Origin: Candidatus Poribacteria bacterium
GTDB taxonomy: Bacteria > Poribacteria > WGA-4E > PCPOR2b
Reading direction: 5' to 3'
Assembly: GCA_965208325.1 (NCBI GenBank)
Contig: OZ242326.1
Coordinates: 1,824,001-1,888,000 of the forward strand
DNA length: 64,000 bases
Shown here: piece by piece, positions 57,674 through 64,000 of the stretch
Layout: the number at the start of each line of letters is the position of its first letter
Position numbering within the stretch: position 1 is the first letter of the stretch
Program-made: the position numbers and the translations under genes
Notes under the pieces: generated by a model
Told to the model about the DNA's origin: nothing
Database searches by the model: none
The model's input: the letters and a program-made list of their open reading frames with translations, nothing else

Positions 57674-60262
57674 ATGGCACTGAAGAAATCACAAATTTAC
57701 GCGTCGCTTTGGCAGAGTTGCGACGAGTTGCGCGGCGGCATGGATTCCTCCCAATACAAGGATTATATCCTGACGCTGCTGTTTATGAAGTATGTCTCGG
57801 ACAAGTACGCCGACGATAGTTACGCTCTGGTTGATATTCCTGACGGAGGCGGCTTCGAGGACATGGCGAAGCTAGGCGGCGACAAGGAGATTGGCGACAA
57901 AATCAACAAGATTATCGGAAGGTTTGCGGAGGCAAACGAACTCAAAGGGGTCGTCGATCAGGCGGATTTCAACGACGCGAGCAAACTTGGCGCCGGCAAA
58001 GAGATGCAGGACCGGTTATCCAAGCTGGTCGCTATATTCGATGCGCTCGACTTTCGTGCCAACCGTGCCGAGGGAGACGATTTGCTCGGAGACGCATATG
58101 AGTACCTCATGCGCCACTTCGCCACCGAGTCTGGCAAAAGCAAGGGACAGTTCTACACTCCCGCCGAGGTATCCCGCATCATGGCGAAGGTAATCGGAAT
58201 TGGGCCGGACACCCGGCAGAACCACACCATCTACGATCCGGCTTGCGGCTCAGGTTCGTTGCTGCTGAAAGCCGCAGACGAGGCGCCAAACGAAATTAGC
58301 ATTTATGGTCAGGAAAAGGACATCGCTACCTACGCGCTTGTGCGAATGAACATGTTTCTGCACGGCAATCCGACTGCGGTCATCTGGCAAGGAAACACGC
58401 TGTCTACCCCGCACTTCAAAAATCAAAACAGCGGCTTAAAGACCTTCGATTTCGCCGTCGCTAATCCGCCCTTCTCCGACAAAGCCTGGAACACCGGCTT
58501 CAATCCAGCGCACGACGAGTTTCGTCGCTTCGAGTATGGGGTTCCGCCCGCCAGAAACGGCGATTACGCCTTTCTGCTGCACTTCATTACCTCGCTCAAC
58601 AGCAGAGGCAAAGGCGCAATTATTCTGCCTCATGGCGTACTGTTTCGCGGCAACAAGGAGGCGGATATCCGAAGGAAGCTTATTCAACAAGGATTCATTA
58701 AAGGAATCATCGGTTTGCCCGCCAATCTTTTCTACGGCACCGGCATCCCCGCCTGCATTCTGGTCATCGACAAGGAGAACGCCCACGCACGTACCGGCAT
58801 TTTCATGATTGACGCCAGCAAGGGTTTCATTAAGGACGGCAACAAGAACCGACTCCGCGCCCAGGATATCCACAAGGTTGTGGATGTCTTCAATACGCAG
58901 ACTGAGCTTGAGGGCTACTCCCGGATGGTGCCGGTATCCGAGATTTCGGCCCCTACCAGCGATTACAACCTCAATATCCCGCGTTACATTGACGCCAGCG
59001 AGCCGGAAGATTTGCACGACCTTGACGCCCATCTGAACGGCGGCATCCCAGACACGGACATAGATGCGCTTAATACTTATTGGTCGGTATTTCCTTCGCT
59101 TCGTCCAGAACTGTTTAAGGCTAACGGGAGGCAAGGCTACAGCGACCCTAAAGTGGCGACGCAGCAGGTAAAAGCCACTATCCTCAATCATAGTGAGTTT
59201 GCCGCGTTCAAACTACGTGCGAGAATCATCTTCAACACTTGGTGGGATGCCCACGAACCGATTCTGCTAGGTGTCAATGCCGACACTATTCCCAAGAGAG
59301 TCGTCGACCGGTTATCGCAAGATCTCCTCGCCCAATTCAACAAACTTCCACTCCTTGATCGGTATGATGTGTACCAGGGACTAATGGACTATTGGGAAGA
59401 CGTCATGCAGGACGATGTATATCTGGTCGTAGCAGACGGCTGGTTGGCAGGACGAACCCTAAGGCAAACCTACGACAAGGAATTGCCGGATTTCACGAGA
59501 AAGAAAGGACAAAAAACTGTTAAGTACGTTGGTGAACTAATTCCAGCGTCTTTAGTGATTAGCAGATTTTTTTATGATGAAAAGAAGAAACTAGAGCGAC
59601 TTGAGGCCGAAATTGAAGTGTTGACGCAACGAAAGGAAGAATTTGAAGAAGAACACGGAGATGGCGAAGGGGCACTGGTTGGTCTTGAAGGTAGCAATGG
59701 GAATATAACTAAAGGCAATGTCACCAAACGAATGAAGGAACATCACGAAAACCTTTTGAAGGTATACCCAGATAAAACATCTAAACACACGCAAATTAAA
59801 TCGGTAAAGATCAAAGATCTGAGTAATAGAGAATGGATTGAGAAAATCAGAAACAAAGAAATTTTATCTAAGGAATCAAATAATTCTTATACTCATGATG
59901 CTGAAGGAATACTTGAGGAATTAGACGTGCTTTACGACTATCTCGAACTCCTAACAGTAGAAGCGAGACAAAAGAAGCTACACAAGTGTACACTTAATAA
60001 CCTACATACCGCGGTTATAGCAAAGTATGATAATCTGACCGAGGCAGAAATCAAAATACTTGTAGTTAAGGACAAATGGTTTACAGGAATCCAGGGAGTG
60101 ATCGAAGGCGAGGTTGAACGACTGACACAGCAACTTACCGGTCGTGTGAATGAGTTAGAGGAGCGGTATGCGCAGGCATTGCCAGAATTGGATTGCAAGG
60201 TACAAGCGTTCGCCATGAAAGTTGCAGCGCATTTACGAATGATGGGGATTGATTGGGCATGA
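57674..60262 (+). CDS. hsdM: Type I R-M methyltransferase subunit with long C-terminal extension
   Basis: LWQSCDELRG, GQFYTP, DPACGSG, ANPPF, PHGVLFRG, YNLNIPRY. Confidence 0.95.
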   Translation: MALKKSQIYASLWQSCDELRGGMDSSQYKDYILTLLFMKYVSDKYADDSYALVDIPDGGGFEDMAKLGGDKEIGDKINKIIGRFAEANELKGVVDQADFNDASKLGAGKEMQDRLSKLVAIFDALDFRANRAEGDDLLGDAYEYLMRHFATESGKSKGQFYTPAEVSRIMAKVIGIGPDTRQNHTIYDPACGSGSLLLKAADEAPNEISIYGQEKDIATYALVRMNMFLHGNPTAVIWQGNTLSTPHFKNQNSGLKTFDFAVANPPFSDKAWNTGFNPAHDEFRRFEYGVPPARNGDYAFLLHFITSLNSRGKGAIILPHGVLFRGNKEADIRRKLIQQGFIKGIIGLPANLFYGTGIPACILVIDKENAHARTGIFMIDASKGFIKDGNKNRLRAQDIHKVVDVFNTQTELEGYSRMVPVSEISAPTSDYNLNIPRYIDASEPEDLHDLDAHLNGGIPDTDIDALNTYWSVFPSLRPELFKANGRQGYSDPKVATQQVKATILNHSEFAAFKLRARIIFNTWWDAHEPILLGVNADTIPKRVVDRLSQDLLAQFNKLPLLDRYDVYQGLMDYWEDVMQDDVYLVVADGWLAGRTLRQTYDKELPDFTRKKGQKTVKYVGELIPASLVISRFFYDEKKKLERLEAEIEVLTQRKEEFEEEHGDGEGALVGLEGSNGNITKGNVTKRMKEHHENLLKVYPDKTSKHTQIKSVKIKDLSNREWIEKIRNKEILSKESNNSYTHDAEGILEELDVLYDYLELLTVEARQKKLHKCTLNNLHTAVIAKYDNLTEAEIKILVVKDKWFTGIQGVIEGEVERLTQQLTGRVNELEERYAQALPELDCKVQAFAMKVAAHLRMMGIDWA

Positions 60263-61524
60263 ACACGGCAAAGACACTATCGCCAATACCACATCTACAA
60301 AGGTTTAGCGGTGATTGGCAAATGAAGCGACTTCAGGAAATTTCAGATATTAATCCCCAGAACGTTTTAAGTAACACAAATCCAGACTACAAATTCAACT
60401 ACATTTCGCTTGAGCATGTAGATAAGGGAAGTTTGCTGGGTTATTCCGAAGAAGTCTTTCGCACAGCTCCCTCAAGGGCACAGCGCATCCTTCAACATGG
60501 TGACGTACTCATGTCAACAGTCAGGCCAAACCTTATGGCACATCTCTTTTTTCACGACCAAGTACCGAATGCCGTTTGTTCCACAGGCTTCGCCGTCCTT
60601 CGTGCAAAATGCAACCTATCCGCCCCTTATTTTCTATTTGTCCAATTATTTAGCCAAAGCGTGAATGATCAGATTACAAAAATCATTGCCGGATCGAATT
60701 ACCCAGCTATCAATAGCCGTGACATCATATTTATTGAGATTCCTTGCCCCCCTCAAATATGCGAACAGCACGCGATTGCCAAGGTACTGTCGGATGTGAA
60801 CGGTTTGATTGGGGCGTTGGATGCACTCATTGCGAAAAAGCGGGCAATCAAACAAGCAACCATGCAGCAACTCCTCACCGGTAAGGCACGCCTGCCGGGG
60901 TTTAGTGGGGAGTGGGAGGCAAGACAGTTGAGAGAGCTTGGTACCTTCAAAAAAGGCCGCGGGATAAAGCGAGATGAAATATCTTACGAAGGGCTGCCAT
61001 GTATCCGCTATGGAGAACTATACACACGATACCAAGACTATATCTTGAAGTTAGCATCTCGTATACCACCTACTGTTGCTGCAACTGCGTTGCCTATCAG
61101 GACTGGAGATCTCCTATTTGCGGGGTCAGGTGAAACCGCAGAAGAAATTGGGCGCTGCGCGGCGTATGTCGGCAAAGAAAAAGCGTACGCCGGTGGAGAC
61201 ATCATCGTATTGACAGCATCAGGACAGAATTCGATTTATCTTGGTCATCTAATGAACCATCCAATTGTGTCTGTGCAGAAAACTCGTATGGGTCAGGGCG
61301 ACGCTGTCGTTCATATCAGTACCAATAATTTGGCTCAAATTCAGATAAAACTCCCGCCTATTGCAGAACAAAACACCATCGCCACTGTACTCTCCGACAT
61401 GGACGCCGAAATTGTCGCGTTGGAGGAGCGTCGGGACAAGACCCGTGCCATCAAGCGGGGAATGATGCAGCAGCTTCTTACGGGGCGGGTACGGTTGGTG
61501 AAATCTGGTGCGGGTACGGTCTGA
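60259..61524 (+). CDS. hsdS: Type I R-M specificity subunit
   Basis: Two TRDs with conserved EQ.AIA.VLSD...K...MQQLLTG repeats; ATGA overlap with hsdM stop. Confidence 0.95.
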   Translation: MNTAKTLSPIPHLQRFSGDWQMKRLQEISDINPQNVLSNTNPDYKFNYISLEHVDKGSLLGYSEEVFRTAPSRAQRILQHGDVLMSTVRPNLMAHLFFHDQVPNAVCSTGFAVLRAKCNLSAPYFLFVQLFSQSVNDQITKIIAGSNYPAINSRDIIFIEIPCPPQICEQHAIAKVLSDVNGLIGALDALIAKKRAIKQATMQQLLTGKARLPGFSGEWEARQLRELGTFKKGRGIKRDEISYEGLPCIRYGELYTRYQDYILKLASRIPPTVAATALPIRTGDLLFAGSGETAEEIGRCAAYVGKEKAYAGGDIIVLTASGQNSIYLGHLMNHPIVSVQKTRMGQGDAVVHISTNNLAQIQIKLPPIAEQNTIATVLSDMDAEIVALEERRDKTRAIKRGMMQQLLTGRVRLVKSGAGTV

Positions 61525-61694
61525 GCTGTGATTCGTGTGATTAAATGATGGGCTATGATTAAAGAAGGGAATAAGTTTTCTGAGGTGACTGGGAAGGTGA
61601 TTGGCTGTGCCGAGACGGTGTATTCGGCAAACCGCCATTCACACAATCTTCAATCGATAAAATCGTGACAAATCCTTAAATCACGGTTCAGACA
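61519..61694 (+). mobile_element. Internally deleted GxxExxY element C
   Basis: One 42-bp unit (contains the hsdS TGA), MIKEGNKFSEVTGKVIGCA fragment, right end AATCACGGTTCAGACA at 61679-61694. Confidence 0.65.
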
Positions 61695-61749
61695 ATGTTA
61701 GATTTCGCCACTAAACTAGCTCCGCCATTTCGAATTAAAAGGACTGCCC

Positions 61750-61842
61750 TGCGGCATTAACCGGGGGATTATGCAGTAACTTCTCACGGGGCGGCTGCGG
61801 TTGATGAAGCCCAACCCAGCTCGGGAGCGATTGGAGAATTGA
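61750..61842 (+). pseudogene. Decayed hsdS 3' end
   Basis: Reads CGINRGIMQ*LLTGRLRLMKP versus RAIKRGMMQQLLTGRVRLVKS of hsdS. Confidence 0.75.
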
Positions 61843-62049
61843 ATACTAAGCGGTCCTATGTATGAAGATATAAAACTAAAATACACATTTACAATCGACT
61901 CCGTTTTTAATACCTCCTGCCAAGGAATTAAGAGCTATCTTATAGATAGACCTCGAATCCCCATAACCAAATGTACCCGTCGACTAAAAAACGCCTACTA
62001 AAGAATCCTTAAGGACAACACGAGCGTTTCTTAAAGCGTTAGGAAGTGT

Positions 62050-62523
62050 ATGAATATTACATTTTCGGATCAGGAAATTGAAGCGTTGATACAGGAACGC
62101 AAAGTTTTACCCAATAACTGGTATGGGCAATTCTCCACAAAAAGGAAGCGTCGTCACAAGGAACGACATCTAGATGTGATTGGTGAAGCGGAGAATGAAT
62201 TTCACGTCATAATCAGGGAAAACCAAGTTAATCAGTTAGACTTTTCAGTCATTTTAGCGGTTCGTATTCCCGAATCAAGCAGAAGTTTCCGCCTTCGTCG
62301 CTACAACGGCGGGAGCCACGAACATACCAACCAGATTGAAAAAGTAAGGTTTCACGGCTTCCACATTCATTACGCGACAGAACAATATCAGCAGAAGGGA
62401 CTAGCAGAGGACTTGTATGCAGAACCAACAAACCGCTATACTGACGTTAATGGCGCCCTTCAGTGTCTGATTGTCGACGCAAATTTCGAAGAATCGAATG
62501 AGTTGCAGGGCACTCTATTTTAG
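62050..62523 (+). CDS. DUF6978-like protein
   Basis: LRRYNGGSHEHTN...GFHIHYATE. Confidence 0.6.
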   Translation: MNITFSDQEIEALIQERKVLPNNWYGQFSTKRKRRHKERHLDVIGEAENEFHVIIRENQVNQLDFSVILAVRIPESSRSFRLRRYNGGSHEHTNQIEKVRFHGFHIHYATEQYQQKGLAEDLYAEPTNRYTDVNGALQCLIVDANFEESNELQGTLF

Positions 62524-62535
62524 GAGGCGTAAGCA

Positions 62536-63306
62536 ATGTCCATCAATACCATAGAACAAGACTTCATGGCTAAGGTCTCGGCAGAGGTTCGACTTTCAGC
62601 CGAGGACAGCGAGCGTTTCCGTGTGTTTACCCCTTTCATGTTTGAGGACGGCGATCACTTCGTCATTGTCCTGAAAAAAGACGGTAATCGGTGGATACTC
62701 ACCGACGAAGCACATACCTTCATGCACCTCACCTACGACATTGATGAAAAGCTGCTTCATCGTGGTACGCGCCGGGAGATTATTTCTAAAGCGCTCTCCA
62801 TGTTCGAGGTGGAGGACCGCAATGGCGAGCTAATACTTGAAATACAAGATGGGTGTTACGGCGAGGCCCTTTTTTCCTTTGCTCAGGCAATTCTCAAGAT
62901 AGCCGACGTGTCGTACTTGACAAGAGAAAGAGTACAATCTACGTTTATGGAAGATTTTCACGCGTTGTTGCATGAAAAAGTGCCAAAACAGCGCATGAGT
63001 TTCAACTGGTGTCCTCGAGAATATGATACTAATGGAATATATGCGGTAGATTGTCGAATCAACGGAATGCCTGAACCGCTCTTCGTTTACGCCCTCCATA
63101 GTAACACTAGGGTCAGAGACGCCATAATTGCACTGCAACGGTTCAAGGCGTGGGAGATGCCATTTCAACCGCTGGGCATTTTTGAGGATAGGGAGAAAAA
63201 CACTCGCAAGGTATTGGCATGTTTCGACGCGGTGTGCGAAAAGCAGTTTCACAAGTTTTACGAAAACCAAGAAGAGATTGGAGTTTATCTAAGTCAGTAC
63301 ATCTGA
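62536..63306 (+). CDS. DUF1828 domain protein with C-terminal nuclease-like fold
   Basis: AGGAGG RBS; VFTPFMFEDGDHFVIVLKK...WILTDEAHTFMHL; YAVDCRING. Confidence 0.75.
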   Translation: MSINTIEQDFMAKVSAEVRLSAEDSERFRVFTPFMFEDGDHFVIVLKKDGNRWILTDEAHTFMHLTYDIDEKLLHRGTRREIISKALSMFEVEDRNGELILEIQDGCYGEALFSFAQAILKIADVSYLTRERVQSTFMEDFHALLHEKVPKQRMSFNWCPREYDTNGIYAVDCRINGMPEPLFVYALHSNTRVRDAIIALQRFKAWEMPFQPLGIFEDREKNTRKVLACFDAVCEKQFHKFYENQEEIGVYLSQYI

Positions 63307-63355
63307 GGATTCCCCGATCAACAGCAACATGGTGGAACCGGTTTGAAGGAGATTC

Positions 63356-64000
63356 ATGATTGAGAAGCGGTTAAGAAACCTCTGGGGCCAGTTACAAAGT
63401 AAGAAACCGCATCTGCCGCATTTTCTGTCAGAAATAAGCTTGGATGGTATCCGTGGATTTAGTGATTTAAGGGTGCGATTCGATTACCCAGTGAGCGTAA
63501 TTGCCGGAGGAAACGCTACGGGCAAGTCAACGGTACTCTTTACGGCTGCGTGTGCCTATAAGGTGACAGGCGCCGGTGTTAAAGATTTCGTGCCCTCCTC
63601 TTTATTCCCGGATTACCACCCCAAGGTCGGCGGACGCAAAGACATGCGGCAGACGGTCACGATGGATTTCTATTACCAAACACCTGACGGAATTGCTTCC
63701 ATGCGGTGGCGGCGCGGCAAAGGCTGGAATCGGAGTTATTTTGGCCGCAAAAACGCCAGTCAGCCCGAGCGGCAGGTCTATCTCAGAACGCTCAGCAATC
63801 TGAGTAATCCGTCAGAGGTACGCGGCGTTCTCAACATGTCGCGCCTGAAGACCAAACCTGAAGAGACTCCCTTGACGGCACTAGAGATTGAATTTGCCCA
63901 TCAGATGCTTCCTTTCAGATATTCTGAGGTGGTAAATTTGTCCAGCGGCAAGAAAAATCTCCTCTTTGCCTCGCAAGAAGGCGGGGCGGCTTACTCCGAG
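63356..64000 (+). CDS. ABC/AAA_21 (OLD-like) ATPase, 3'-truncated by window edge; absent from ORF track
   Basis: AAGGAG RBS; 215 open codons MIEKRLRNLW...; GIRGF..LRVRFDYPVSVIAGGNATGKST (Walker A). Confidence 0.85.
   Translation, partial: MIEKRLRNLWGQLQSKKPHLPHFLSEISLDGIRGFSDLRVRFDYPVSVIAGGNATGKSTVLFTAACAYKVTGAGVKDFVPSSLFPDYHPKVGGRKDMRQTVTMDFYYQTPDGIASMRWRRGKGWNRSYFGRKNASQPERQVYLRTLSNLSNPSEVRGVLNMSRLKTKPEETPLTALEIEFAHQMLPFRYSEVVNLSSGKKNLLFASQEGGAAYSE

Noticed and set aside
57360..61694. Integron attC sites flanking hsdMS
   Set aside because: Geometry is similar, but the ends (GTCTGAAC / GTT(A/C)AGAC) do not fit RYYYAAC/GTTRRRY, the interiors are GxxExxY remnants, and no intI is present

Overview
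Bacterial (diderm, about 50% GC) chromosomal window. Gene style and dispersed repeats suggest a PVC- or Poribacteria-like lineage, but this is inference only. (i) 2.1-31.7 kb is a heavy-metal homeostasis region on the minus strand. It holds two ZnuD-like TonB receptors, CzcCBA RND efflux and a ZrgBCD-like ABC module. A ~1.7-kb head cassette (promoter, CxxC/RAPP leader ORF, His/Asp-rich lipoprotein, MerC) occurs twice, and one MerC copy is fused in frame to a TonB receptor. A giant beta-propeller/DUF4159 pair and a low-GC type II R-M pair interrupt the region. (ii) 32-47.6 kb is mostly housekeeping and metabolic: a PaoABC-like molybdoenzyme, LarA, a sigma54 regulator, RluD, IscS and ThrS. (iii) 47.7-54.2 kb has nested arrays of GTAG-type REP-like palindromes bracketing a split DUF6178-like pair and DUF2617-speE. 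(iv) 56.7-64 kb is a defence island. A GxxExxY gene sits inside a 42-bp repeat-bounded element, two deleted copies of that element bracket hsdM-hsdS, and a decayed hsdS end, a DUF6978/DUF1828-like pair and a truncated ABC/OLD-type ATPase follow. No rRNA, tRNA, CRISPR-Cas, integrase or transposase was recognised. Family names come from motif recognition, not database searches.
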